From: Octopus vulgaris
Lineage: Eukaryota
NCBI GenBank assembly: GCA_951406725.2
Contig: OX597817.1
Location: 74,586,001 to 74,650,000, forward strand
Direction of reading: 5' to 3'
Length of the DNA: 64,000 nt
Shown here: piece after piece, positions 40,601-54,656 of the stretch
Layout of the letters: every line of letters begins with the position of its first letter
How positions within the stretch are numbered: the stretch's first letter is position 1
Position numbers and translations under genes: made by a program
Notes under the pieces: model-generated
The model's database searches: none
What the model was told of the DNA's origin: nothing
What the model saw: only the letters and a program-made list of their open reading frames with translations

Positions 40601-43480
40601 ACACTTGATTTAAGCAGGCCCTGATACTATAAAATGCATCATGGAGATGGAAGGGTATGACAAACACTGCAGTAAAATTATATGCGAGAATTATCATATA
40701 CCGATCATGTGTTGGGGAAAAAAAATTTAAATGTCAGCAAAATTCATGAACAAGGCAATGAAATTCAGAAAAATTATGTTAGTCAGATTAGATTTTACCC
40801 TTCAAAAATACTGAGAAAAAAAAAATATTTTGTAAGAACACAATTTCAGAGATTTAAAAAATGCAACAAGCCAAGCTATTATACAGAACTTTAGTGAAGT
40901 TGCCTCCCGTTAGAGTGTTGGACTCACAATCATAAGGTCATGGGTTCAGTTCGCAGATGGGAAGTGTGTCATGTCTTTGAGCAAGGAATTTTGTTACACA
41001 GCTCCAGTCTAGTCAAATGAAATGAGTACCAGTTTAGTATTGGTGTAGCTAATGGAGCAAGAGGATCAAGAAGGGACTTATAACTACATAGGCACCTAAA
41101 ACAATTAGCAAAAGCAAAATACATACTACCAAGTCACTCTCTTACAAAGAATGACTATAAATTTTTTGTTTTTTTTTAAACAGAGCTAAACTATAAGGCT
41201 AACAACAAATCAATTTCATTATATCCAAAAGTATCAATTATAAGCATTGCCATCTTGAAATTGTATACCTAACAATCAATTCAAATTTTATTCGTGATTA
41301 AAAAGGAATCTAGTTCAAATATTAGCAAAGTGTAAGCAGCAAAGTGTATACACAAATATGCTCATAAAATATATAACCATTATATGGTTATAAAATCTCA
41401 GGAGGAAGTAGAACAAGGTAAAATAAATGTTCACAGAATACAGGGGCAAAACACAAACTATAAATGGGTTAGTAAAAAGCAGTTATACACAAGAATATGG
41501 TTTCAGATGGTTCAAACTTATAGAGTAAGATGGACTGAAATGCAGGACAGTGTAAGTGTAAAATTAAAAACAAATTAAAATGAAGAGTTTCACTGACTGA
41601 GTTCTGAAGCTATGCTAATTAACCTAACATATAATCAAAATTTCCAATCACATTTAAAATGAGTAGAGTTTAGGACCTTGTAATATCTACAAGCATTGGC
41701 ATAAGCTTGGGTACTATGTGGCATAAGGTTTTAACTTTGCCCACCAAAATTATTAAAATCCTAGATGCAGTTGTATTAAACTATTTTACTAAATAATAAT
41801 AGGGTTGATTTACTAGCAAAACAACTAAAACACTTATAAGATCAAAACAAAGAAATATCTAAATCTAAACCTTAGCTGTGACATCAAAATTGAGGAAATA
41901 AAAAAAAAATGAGAGGGGAAACTAAGAACAAAAATTATGATTTTAATTTAATTAGATTCACAGGTTACCTAATACCCAAATTTTAAGAAATCTGCAACAT
42001 TAAAAAAGGAATACTAAAAATAAAATAAAAAAAAAAAGAACATCTAAGAAAATTTAAAATATGATGGATGTTTTGAATGTTTTCAACTAAATTGACCATT
42101 AAAAACAAACAAAAAATAAGCATGTTTGAGATTCTCACAAACTTAACCTTCCAAGAAATTTTATTTAAAAAGGGAGAGAGGGGATGAAAATACTCCATGG
42201 TTTGACAAAATATACAAGTCAAGTCTGCAGTTATGGAAAAATACATTTGGTGAAATGGTTACAATTGATTATGGCACTATTGGGGATGAAGGTGTTGCTG
42301 TATTAAGCAGCATAATTTCTGGGTTTTAAATAAAAAGGGGAAGAAGAAAAAATGATATATAGCACAAAAAAAAAAAAAAACGAAAAAAAAAACAATTTAT
42401 TTCAAATTTCAGCATAAGTATCACATAGGTGAGAAATCATATCCAAGTTCTGCTTGCTGCCTTGTCTTTGTTGTATGTATGTTTGTATTATTTTCAGATC
42501 CCACCCTTCTTTGAAAGTCTCCTCATCCAAGTTCACATCTGCTGAAAAGTTCAAGTCCAAGACCTTAATAACAGGTCAGTTTTAAACATCATTACTGGGA
42601 AGCAAAAGGAGGAAATGGCACCCGACATCCCAGACCAGGCCAATGCTCTAGCTACATAGGAGATATTCACAGAAAGGAGTCACAAGAGCCCTAAATAAGG
42701 CTGTTTGCACAAAATGGTGATATCATATGCTAGATGATGATTGGATCCAGATGAGATATTCACAACAGAAAAGATACAGTGGCACTTAGGAAGTGAAAAC
42801 AATTGACATTTAACTGCATCGACAAATTCACATTTCAGCAGTTTTTATACAGGAATTTGATATAAAAAGATGGTTTGAAAATGAAGAGAAACGAATTTAC
42901 AAAAGAAAGAAAAAAAAAAAAGAATTTCATACAAAATTTTCAATAAGCATTTACAAAAGTCACAAATAGAAACCATTTTTAAAATGATATGGCAAGAGAA
43001 AAAAAAAGCTTGTGTAAACTGGAATTCTTTTGATAAGTTAGAATTCAATCAAAAAGCAAATAACCATAAAAATTCCAGTAAGTCAAAAGAGAGAAGGAAA
43101 AAAAATTAAAATAAACTCAGTCAATAAACTGACCAAGTTAGAAATATTTATTGCTTTTAACCAAAACATGGTTAAAAGTAAGTCTAGGAGTTCCAATGGA
43201 GAATTTTCAAAATATATTACAAAAAGAAAATCAAGACATGAATGTTTAATAGTAGCTGAAGCATGGCCCAGTAGAAACACTATTATCTTTCAAGAATTTA
43301 TAAACTATGTCTTTACTACAAGAATAAAACAAAATAGATTCACTGTACATAAGGAAAATTAACAAAAGAGAATTTGGTCATAAAAGAAAATTACTGTCTT
43401 TTTGGAAGTCTATTAAAAAATATTTGATTATCTTTATAGTACAAGATAAATGAACATTAAAATAAATTATCTATATAAAA

Positions 43481-43513
<33 letters not shown>

Positions 43514-43773
43514 AAGAGAGAGAGAGAAAAAAACAGGATGTTAGTTGAAAAAGCCTGATTAGAAATCGAGACAGTAATAATTTGATCCAAGAAATATTTC
43601 CAATGGCAATGGATATATGACAACACTCATACAGTTTAGAAGATTGGTTAAAGTCAATCTTCATTGAGGAAAATGTTGCAAGTGCAACACTGCTGTAACA
43701 CTGCCATTGACCAGAATTCTTTTATGTCTTTGGTGTTTTTTTTTAAGGAGGGGTGGTAGTGGTGGTGCTTGTA

Positions 43774-43858
43774 TTAATGTACATCTGTTGCATCTTGTTC
43801 CCGAATATTGGGTGCCTGCTTAGGTTGAATACAAGATCGAGCTACAGACTCAAATAAC
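43774..43858 (-). CDS. CNOT1: CNOT1 terminal coding exon
   Basis: tttttcag|G TTA TTT GAG...; (K)LFESVARSCIQPKQAPNIREQDATDVH*. Confidence 0.92.
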
Positions 43859-44133
43859 CTGAAAAAGATAAGTACAGTTGATTAAAAATATACCAAAACA
43901 AAATACAGAAACACACACACTCATTCACTCAGATTATACTGTGTGTATATGTTTTCATATTTCTCAGAAGAGCACTTTTAATAGCCAAAACACATAACAT
44001 TTTATATGAAAAATAATACTGCATTAAGTTGTTTTGAATCAATTTCTAGTTTAACGAGACTGGTGCATATAATATAAAGCAATAAATACTTGATAAAATA
44101 GAGTGGGTTCAAACTTCAAAATAAGATACTTGC

Positions 44134-44268
44134 TTTTCAATTTCAGGAGCACAACGCACGAATTCATGAGACCAGAACTTGAACTGGGGGTTTTTGATGA
44201 GTTCAATGAATGTTATAAGCAGACCCCATGGATGAGGGCGATTCACTATTAGTCTTTCAAGTAGGACC
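44134..44268 (-). CDS. CNOT1: CNOT1 penultimate exon (GC donor)
   Basis: (R)[44 protein letters not shown](K); donor AA|gcaagt. Confidence 0.93.
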
Positions 44269-45571
44269 CTGAAGCAAAATATTAAATTGAAAGCAATCTT
44301 AAGTAATAATAACATCAATATTTTTTTTTATAATATTGCTCATTTGACCAGTATATTTAAAACAAATGGAAATGCTAGACATTAGAGTTTAAAATCAACA
44401 AATTTAATCACTACACTTATTCAAGCTGTTTAACAGCTTGAAAAATATAAATTTAAGTGATTATTTAATCCAACGTTCTGTCCTACAAATAACTGCAAAT
44501 ATTACCAAATCTCAATTCATATGTAATAGCAATTCAGAAAAATGTAGTTGTTTAAACAGGAGCTATGTAATTTGTGCAAGAAACAAAGCTTAGCTTCATC
44601 TTAAAAGAACTGTCAGTGAATGCCTTCCGATTTATTATTATCGATGATTTAAGGTGGTGAGCTGGCAGAATCTTTAGCACACTGGAGAAAATGCTTATTG
44701 GAATTTTGTTCTGACATCAAATTCCACTGAAGTCAGCTTTGCCTTCTGTCCTTTCAGGAGTTCAAATAAGTACTATTTGAGCACTGGAGTAAATGTAATC
44801 AACTAGATACCCCCATCTTCAAATTTCAGGCCTTGTGCCTATAGTAAAAAGGTTTATTGATTAATGATTTAATTGCTGAAAGAGAATTTGAACTTGGAGA
44901 AAATTATTAGCAATATTTTAGAGGCATATGCACACACCAGCAATCTAAGTGGTATTGGGATTTATCAAAATGATTTTGTTCGTGATGTTGGCCTTACAAA
45001 AACCCTGAACTAAGAAGCAAAACCTGTTTTCCACTTTTTCATGAAGAAATGTTTATTAGTATGATCAATGAGACCACAAGGTATGCACATTATTTTGATT
45101 AAATCAATGGAGAACATGAAACCATCAAAGACTTTTAATCCAGTTTCATTCTAGTAATGCAGCTCAATACCGATTTAAAACACTTTAATTTAGAACATTT
45201 TGTACAAATGCTACCTACAACTTAAAAAAATTTTTTAAATGGAAATTCTAAGAGGTTAGATTATCTCCGATTACTATTTAAAAAGAGTTTAAAAAAAAAA
45301 ATATAGGAATAAGGTTTCAGATTTAAAGGTGTATTTTCAAGTCTTCATTCACATCATCTAGATTCAATTAAGACAGTGATACATGTTAGTTGTGCATCAG
45401 GAAGGACATCTGGCCACAGAAAGTATGCCAAAGCTAACACTAGACCTTACTGCAGCCCTGCAGTTTGCCAGATCCTGTCAAATTGTCCAATCCATGCCAG
45501 CATGGGAAACGCATGTTAAATGCCGATGATATAACAAAAACTAAAGAAATGTTTAAAGAGAGAAAGCATAC

Positions 45572-45882
45572 CTAGTTATTTGTTCTTGAATTGCTTCTGC
45601 ATTGGCTTCAACAAATAGATACAATAAAGTACAACTGAAATAGTGTGTATGACTGTTTGGATAGCGCAGTTGATTAGTTATGGCAGTGAGGAACAAGTAC
45701 CGGCCTTCGGTATCAAGATCAACAGCCAAGTTCTGAAAGATGTCCATGTGTGAGGAATGAGCAATTGTTCGCATGCTTGGTTTATAACCAGTGTTATGGA
45801 TGTAATCTATAGCTTGTGTGCCAACATAAAGCACTAGAGCGTTAATTAGAGATATGTTGTACTTGGAACCAGGGTCAGTTGA
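45572..45882 (-). CDS. CNOT1: CNOT1 exon
   Basis: [24 protein letters not shown]...[29 protein letters not shown]...IQEQIT(R). Confidence 0.96.
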
Positions 45883-47807
45883 CTGGAAAAAAAAAAGAAA
45901 TTAGAAAATTCAATAAATTCAAAATAAAACTGCAATAAGAAAGTAAATACAAGAAGAAAGTAATATCTAATTTGTTACTCAATAGCAAAATAGATTTAGA
46001 TAGAAAACTGGATGACAATTAGGAAAAAATGATTTCTTATAAATTACCAGTTATGTGTAGAAAAAATGTTGTTTATATTATTTAAAGGATACTAATTTTT
46101 CAAAAATGGCTAAATATCAGCTCATTTTATAAAATTGTAAAATAAAACTAAATACCAGTATATTTAATTGGCACACTAGAAAACAACAACAAAAAAATAA
46201 AATCATGTAAGTTTCCTACCTTAACAGGCAAAAAAGAAATTTAAACAATGATTTCTTACAAGAAAATTGAAAAAAAAAAAAACAGATGACTAATAACTGC
46301 AAATCATCTGAAAAATTAATCCTGGACATGATAAAGTCACATGCTTTCATAAATACATTATGAAATAATTTTTACAATGCTTATAATTCAAATGCTAAGC
46401 TACAACTGGCTCCTAAAGCCTTTACAATTTATACAATGTATTCTGCTAAATCCAACAAGTATCAAAGTCTACAGTAATGTAAATCTACTCAATGACTAGT
46501 CTATATGGGGAAGTAAAATAACTTCTGAATAACTATTTCAGCAGCAGACTTGTAACTGACTAGCAACCTCTGTTTTACTCAGGCCATCATATTTACTGCA
46601 ACAGTTTCTCTTCTCTGAATTTATTACTAAAACCTTAGGGAAATGCTAAAGTAGTTTGTATCATTGTGAAAACAGTGAAAGAATCCTGAATAGTAGTAAT
46701 AAAGGTTTTTTTTTAATAAAAGGAACAGGTTGAATTCTGAAAGATAATCACTAGAGGTATCTACTGGTATTAATCTGGAATAGTATATAATCAATCAAGG
46801 ACATGTAATTTGAAAACATTTGCCAAAGCTTTTTTATAACTATATATTTTCTCTGCAGATTAATTGCTTACCCCCATTTCTCTCTCTCTCATTATATACA
46901 TGAGAGAGATAAGATACAATATAGTTTGGGTTTTAATGCATGTATTGTAAATGAAAATCATACTGATGTGTATAAGTAGTAAGATCAGTTATCAATAAAG
47001 AGCATTAATTAACAAAATATGAAGTCCATCAACTTGGAAGTTTCACATTTAGACAGGGAAAAAACTGAAAAATAGAAATAGTGTTTTCAATGCTCATAAT
47101 AGATACCAAGTAAGGTAATACAAAAAGTAAAAGAACATGCAAAAATTACGCAAAGTGTATAAGTGACAGGAATGAATCAATTACAAGCTGTAGCACTTAC
47201 CATGTGTTTTTTTTTTTTTTTTTTATATATGCATATATGCATAGAGTAAGTAAATTTTTGATCATTTATTTTATTTATTCAAATTTTATGGAGGTCTTCG
47301 TCCTTTAGTTCACTGTTTTCATATTTTTCTATTATCAATCTTGAAAAACTACACTCAATTTTTTTTTTATCTTTTGTTTTTATATTATACATAAATCAGA
47401 TTTTTACAGAAAATAGTAACACTGAAACATTAGGTTGTATATTTTCAAATGTGTTGTAAATAGCCACTTTGGATACAAGTATATCTATTTGTACCTGAAG
47501 TGACTATTTAACAGCAGCTTTTTCTGCTATTATAGCATATAGTACTGCAATGAAAAGTACATCATTAGAATTATGCTACAGACAACAAAACAATTTGCAC
47601 CTGTGAATTCCACGAGCAACTCCTCTATGACATGGTAAAGATAACACTAACATATTTGTAGAGCAGGCATTACAAACGGGTACTCTGTTGTTACTGTAAC
47701 GAAACAACTCTTAGCTAAATTGATACAAATGAAACTTATGTTTTTATATTTATAATATTATTTGTAAACATCCAAAAGAATGACAAAAAAAAAGGAATAA
47801 GACTCAC

Positions 47808-47876
47808 TTGTAAGTTGCTCCGAAGGTCTGACAAAAAGGTAACAGGAGATCTTGATTTTAAGTAAGAATCAAGATC
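47808..47876 (-). CDS. CNOT1: CNOT1 exon
   Basis: [23 protein letters not shown]; gtgagt donor. Confidence 0.94.
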
Positions 47877-48839
47877 CTGTAAGAGAAAATAAATAAAATT
47901 AAATTCCAATGAATGTATTTTACTGACATGAATTTACTATTTGTGGCTGTGTGCTTAAGTTCGCATCCCAACCTTGTTGTTCCATTGTGCAGCACTGTGG
48001 GCAAGTGTCTACTATAGCTCAAATACGTGTGCACACATGCATGTGTTTAGGTGTACTCTTGACCTGAACTGTCATGGAACTGATGTTTGTTTCTGGTATT
48101 CTGTGAAAAACATATCTGACCATGAGAAATATTGCCATGCTTGAATAGAAGTGAGAGTTGGCAATAAGAAAGACATCCAGCCACAGGAAATCTGCCTCAA
48201 CAAATTCCATTTGATCCATCCAAGCATGGAAACAGAAGTGTTAAATGATGATGAAAAAAACAATTTGATTGAAATAGTATGACACTATCCTGAAATTGTC
48301 TGAAGCAATTGAAATTAGCAAAATTTCAAATAGCTATATATATATATATATATATCTTTATATATACATGCATAGCTGTGGTAGGTGTAGGTATGGCTGT
48401 GCGATTAAGAAATTCACTTCCCAACCACATGGTTTTGGATTCAATCCCATTGCATGGTACCTTGGGCAAGTGTCTTCAATAATAACTCCAGACCAATCAA
48501 AGCCTTGTTAATGGATTTGATAGATGGAGAATGAAAGTAGCCTATCATATCTGTTGTGTATATCTGTCTTGATATTACATAATGGCTATCATTTAATATA
48601 AAGACACACACACACACATATACATACATATACATTACACACACACACACACACACACACATACATACATACACACACACTCATACAGAGTCCCCTATTC
48701 CCAATCTTCCATGAAAACATGCCAGGCCATGGGAAAACATTAGCTTGCCTGGGAACAGATTAAGGTTGACAACAAGCACTGAAAAGTGGACATTACAAAA
48801 TTTTGAGATTGATATAGAAAAAAATGTGATTGAAAGTAC

Positions 48840-49097
48840 CTTTTTAAATGTCTCTGGTTGGATCATATTAGCGAAGTTGGTGAGGATTCTTGGTGGTCTG
48901 CCAATATCTGGGAGTACATCAACCTTTAAATTTGGTGTGAAAGGATCCGGCATTCGCATATTACGAGGGAAGGCACTCAGAATGAGATTTCTCATCTGTA
49001 TGCAGTTGGGTGGAATAGCATCACAGAATGCATAATGGTAATCACAGAGGAACTCTGGGAAGTCATGTAAGAGCACCAGCAAAGCCCTCAACATTCC
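48840..49097 (-). CDS. CNOT1: CNOT1 exon
   Basis: [60 protein letters not shown]...ETFKK. Confidence 0.96.
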
Positions 49098-51025
49098 CTG
49101 AAAGCAACGACCGAACCATATCTATGAGGTTAAAATTGACAATATTAAAAATTTACTGAATACAATTTACCAAAGAAAATGTAAATAGTTTGATTTGAAA
49201 GATTCAGGTAACCTACTATTAGAAAATAGTAAGTTTCATATTGAGAAGACTGCAACAAATCCAATATATTTTGCATTTAAAAAAAAAAGGAAAATTCTAG
49301 TTAGTTTTATTCTAGAATTAGGTTTCAAAGTCTGGCAAGGCCAGTCGTTTTGTGGGAAGGAGTAAGTCAATTGCATTAACCCCAGTGTTAAACTGGTACT
49401 TACTCAACTCTGGAGGGATGAAAGAAAAAAATATCAACCTCAGCAGAATTTGAACTCAGAACATAAAGAAGGACGAAATACTGCTAAGCATTCTGCCCAG
49501 CTTGCTAATGATTCTGCCAGCTCACTGCCTTAATTCTGTTCTAGATATTAACGACCAATAATGAAGGCCAAAATAATATCCACATTTAAGCAATACTGGG
49601 ATTATGTAATCTGCTGCCTGCCCCACACTTCACACATACACAATTCTTATAAAACCAATCACATGATATTAAAAAAAAAAATACTAGGTTTTATATATAT
49701 ATATATGCTATGTTATTCCTCGTCTTGACATTGCGTGGAAAGTTGTACTTAAACATCACTGTCATACAAGCGGTGTCCATTGTTTTCAATCTGTCGTAAA
49801 AACCTATCCAGCCAAAGAGAAAGATTACCACACTTGGAAGCCGATAAAGGTTGGCAATAGGATGGCATCCAGCTATACAATATCCACTATGATGATAATT
49901 CCATCAGCACAAAAAAAGTTTTGAAGGAGTCAATAAAATGAATGAACTGAACAGTACCTAGAAGGTCAGAGTACCAAGTCTACTTTTCTTAGAAAAAGAC
50001 AGTTTGTCAATGTCCTACATTATATGGAAGAGAATATAACCTATTCCTTTTGTAAAATGCTGATTAAGTACAAAGCAAAATGATTTGAGAAATGGCAGGT
50101 TGAAAATGAGACAAATGTTCAGTGTAAATGACAAGGGAAAAAACTTGAGAACTACGTGAACTCAAAGTATGAAAGCAGAAAAAGAAAAAAATAAAGCATA
50201 CTACCAGTGGAACAAATACAAGCCAACAGGTAAGTGATAAGGGTAATTAAAAACGAGGTAAAACCTTGGAGAATATTGAACACATGAATGCTTTTAAAGT
50301 CACTCAAACCATTAAAGTTAGTTGATTAACCTAATTAGATGGCCGAATAAGCTACACTAGCACACCAATGCTAAACTGCTACCAAAGTGAAGATCGTCCA
50401 GTAAAGAAGAGAAAATAGAAGAAGGAACTTAAAGAGAAAAAAAAAATTGGCAACAAAACCAGAAGAATTGAATGCACAAGTGAATATTTGTCTTAACACT
50501 TTTGTTACTACATTTCAAACCAAAATACACCTCTTATGTGTTTCAATTAAATTCTACAATAATTGTGAATATAGACTTGTTTCATAAAACAACCAAGTTT
50601 ATTTATCAACACAATTTACAAATCTGTTTCATATCTAATCTAATTACAGGCAAATTCAACAAAATATAACATTATTTGAATTTAAATCAACATAGAAAAT
50701 CAGTTATCAGCTAATATTAAATTAGTATACAACAAAATTGTGCAAATTACTGGATTATCTATTAGTTGAACTTAATTTACATAAAACAAGTGTACCAAAA
50801 AGATAAAATAGAAAGAAACAGCTGTACCATAAAGATAAAACAAAACGAAATACTGGAATTTGTCTGAAGAAAGCTAGGAAATGAAACAGATGCCAGCAAC
50901 TAAATGAAATAAACTCCCAAACATACATAAACAAATACACAGAAATACATGATTCACAATCCAAACTGATTAAAATTTGTCATGTATTTAGCAGGTAAAT
51001 GTGAAAAAAAAATTTTTAATCAAAT

Positions 51026-51082
<57 letters not shown>

Positions 51083-51776
51083 ACTCCTGTCAAAGACAAC
51101 ATATGAGAACATTCAGCATTTGCCGGACTGCACAAATGATTTGTCTATAGTGATCAAATGTTCATGCCACATGGCTAACTCTCTGTCAAATCAACATTGT
51201 CTGAATAGGTGAACAGTGTGCCATTTGTCAGATGTCAAAGTGATTGCAGAGCAATGTAAGATGAAGTGTTTTGCTCAAGAACACAATGCAACACTGTCTA
51301 GGAATTGAAATTACAACCATTAGATCGCAAGTGCAACACTAACCCATATTTATATAAAATCCCCAAGCAGTGATTAGGAATAAACAAACTTGTAGTTAAG
51401 GTATGTTAACTTGCAATGGCAAATTCACAGCAGTTGCTGTGGCAAAACAATTCTAATTGTAAACGGAGTAAAAACATTGCATCTGCCCATGCTTCTCTCT
51501 AGTGGATCCCCAGATGTACATCTCTAGCTCTTTAGTCTTCCTCAATGGGAAATACTGAAGAGACATAATCCTGGACAGATTCAAAACTGTAACTAAAAAA
51601 TTCCAAAAGTCTCTTTTGAGAAGCAAAGAGAAGCCCCTGCAGCAAATACACTAAACAGGTCTCCAAAGTACATACACAAGTAAATTGCTTGATGAGCGCG
51701 GCTGTATAAGAGAGAAAATATTTGTATTTCAGTAGGAGTTAAAGAGTCAGAGAGAAATGAGACATGCACAGCTTAC

Positions 51777-51878
51777 CTTGTAAAGTAATTGTGTTGGTTT
51801 AGTTAGGTCTGCATTGCGAAGGAACGGAGCAAGATAGCGGAATAGATCAATCAACAATTGGGCATACATCCCCCAGCC
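51777..51878 (-). CDS. CNOT1: CNOT1 exon
   Basis: [34 protein letters not shown]. Confidence 0.95.
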
Positions 51879-53593
51879 CTAAAAACAGAAAATGAAGAGT
51901 TCAGTTATTAACTAGGAAACAAAATGTCTTTCAAAAACTCAAGTCATGTACTTTATATTTACTACAAAATTTTTTTAAATGTAGCAGATTTAATCCTTTT
52001 GTTACCATATTTCTGTCAAAATTGCACAGCCTGTGTTTCAATGAAGTTCGAAAATAATGAAGGATTTATTGAATATAACTTGTTTTTAAGCAGGTGTTTG
52101 GAACATAAATTAACATAAAATTTTGATGGGAGGTTTTACTTTAACATTCAGTCCTGCCAAATGTAATAGTTATTTATTCACACTGCTTTGGATTAACCAT
52201 ACTTTATCTTATAGCTTTGAAATTTCGATGATGATTGCATAGTTTTAGAATGACATTGTAGGATAAATGTGAGAGGTCAGACTTGGCTGATTTGAGCGTA
52301 AAACAAGTAGAATATCTTTGCCAGATATGGCTGGTTTAAATGCTAAGGATTAAAACAGCCACTCTGACCCAAATATTCTACTTGTTTTATGTTCAAATTG
52401 GCCAGATCTGGCCCCTCTCACCTACTCTACAATGCCATAGTGAAAATAAACAATTACAGCATTGAAATCTTGAAGTTATGAAATAATGCATGTCAATAAA
52501 TAAGCATTATATTCGACAGAGTATTACAAGAGGTAAAAGGTTAAAAGAGGAAATTAGTATCATAGAACTAGGGGTGGTCTCAGGTGAGTTAGTTTCAAAA
52601 GAGCTAATCAACATTTACATATCCAATTATATGCTTTATCCCATCCAGATGGTCAAAGTGAGAAGTTTTGAACTTAGAAATAAAGATACACCAATCTAAA
52701 TACATAGACTGGTTATTTATCATTTGCCCATATTTCACTACCCTTTAAAACAAAGGCAAAGAAATATATCCATAAAGTTAGTTCATATAATCTAAATGTT
52801 ACTAAACCACAAGCTGTCACTTTTTGCCTATTTTTGTAGACAGTCTCCTCTAACATGTACTGAAACATTGAGTTTAAGCTATATTTCAAGATTATTTCTG
52901 CTGATTTAGCAATTTTAAAGAATCCCAAAACTAAATACATTTATCACAAGACTGCCAACACAGCAACAGTGATACAATTTTAGGAATACAACCATAAATG
53001 CTTTTCAATATTTTTATCCTTCCAGATATTGAATATTGCACACTTTTGTAACACTATCATCTTCCAGTTACTTTTTACTCAAATCAAAATATATTGTTTG
53101 GGTGATTTTTAAAAAAAATTATTCATTTGGCAAACAATACCAAATGACTAAAAGAAATTTTTTAATGTAGTAGAATTTAATACTGCATTAATATCTTGGA
53201 TAAAGACATGTAGAATGAATTTGCAAAACACCCAAGGGACAGCCCAAGTACACAGCTCTTGTATAACAGAAATGTTAACACAACAGTTTCATTTATTTAC
53301 AATAAATCCAAAATTACTTTCATCATTTTTACATTATTGTATGCACACAGACACACACACTAGCATGAAGAGGTTTCATCAATATTGTTTTTCCCAATTA
53401 ACTAAATCAAATTCAAAATTGTGTCTTTAGCAAGGATAATGAACACTGAATTTAATGTTCAATAATTAACCAAAGACTATTTTGAAGATAAGCCTACAGG
53501 CTATTGTACTTTGTAGACAGTACCATCAGTATTAATGAACATGTTTCATAAATTACATGTAAAATTTGTATCTGTATAAATAAATGTACTTAC

Positions 53594-53711
53594 TCGCTGT
53601 TGTGGTGTTAGGGCAAGCATTCTTCCAATGAATACACGATGAGAGATCAATTCCAGCCAAGCGAATGCAAAACCAGGTGCTCGTGCAGGTCTAAGAATGT
53701 GGAATGTATTG
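53594..53711 (-). CDS. CNOT1: CNOT1 exon
   Basis: [39 protein letters not shown]. Confidence 0.95.
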
Positions 53712-54492
53712 CTAGAGAAAATAAAAAGAAAAAAAAATGGCTGTTTAGAATACCTTTAATCTGGAAATAAAAATACACATACCAAAGAATACAGAGACCA
53801 ACTTTCACAGGTACATGAATTAGCTTGGTTAGAAACTCGAACTGCTCTCGTTAAAGAGCACTGTAAAATGGTTGAAATCTTGCTAATCTACTTATTCTTT
53901 TCTTGCTTAAAAAAAAAAAAGCTCTAAAATAGGCATTAAATGGTTTATTGAAGCTAGCATTCTGTTGAGAATTAAGAACTACTGACTAGTTTCTTGTTTT
54001 TTACTATCACCAGTTTCGTTTTGTGTTAATTCTTGAGTAAGGCATCCAATAAAAGCAGAAAAAAATGTCTATTGTTACATTTGATTAAATTCCCTTTCAA
54101 TAAAAATATATACATGCTAGCATATATAAGTATGCAGTCCACTCTTTTGTCTACACATTACAACTTATATTGATACGAAGGTGGGCAACCGAATGATTAA
54201 GGGTTTTGGCTAAGATCTTGGGTTCAATTCCTGGCCCAACCTCTCTCCCACTACATGTCACATACTGGATTTTCACTAGATCAAAGGTAAGGTGGAGATA
54301 AAAGTATCTGTCTGCTCACAACTATGTGTTGGTACCTAAAAACAATTAGCAAAAGCTTGCTACAATGTAAGTAAGTAGCACTCATTTATGAATCACTACT
54401 TGCTGCACCTTTTTTTTAGAATAGTGCAAACATTTCTGTAATTGTCATACTGACCAATATTTCAAGTTCTACAAAACCAAAAGATGACTTAC

Positions 54493-54656
54493 CAAAATGC
54501 TGTAAGGACCTGAAAGTTGATAGCCTCAAGAATAGGTTCAGGAGCATTTAATTCTATAAACAGCATTATGAAAATACGATGATACGGCATTTGCTGAAAC
54601 TCTGTGTGCCTAATTTCATGATCCTGTAACAACACTCCAGCCACTATTCCAAGAAC
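54493..54656 (-). CDS. CNOT1: CNOT1 exon
   Basis: [54 protein letters not shown](C). Confidence 0.95.

Noticed and set aside
44124-44129. GTATCT as the constitutive CNOT1 donor
   Set aside because: Wrong phase; loses the conserved LFESVARSC terminus.
48745-49035. Plus-strand ORFs over CNOT1 exons (also 60844-61263 and 58593-58790)
   Set aside because: Antisense shadows of real coding exons.
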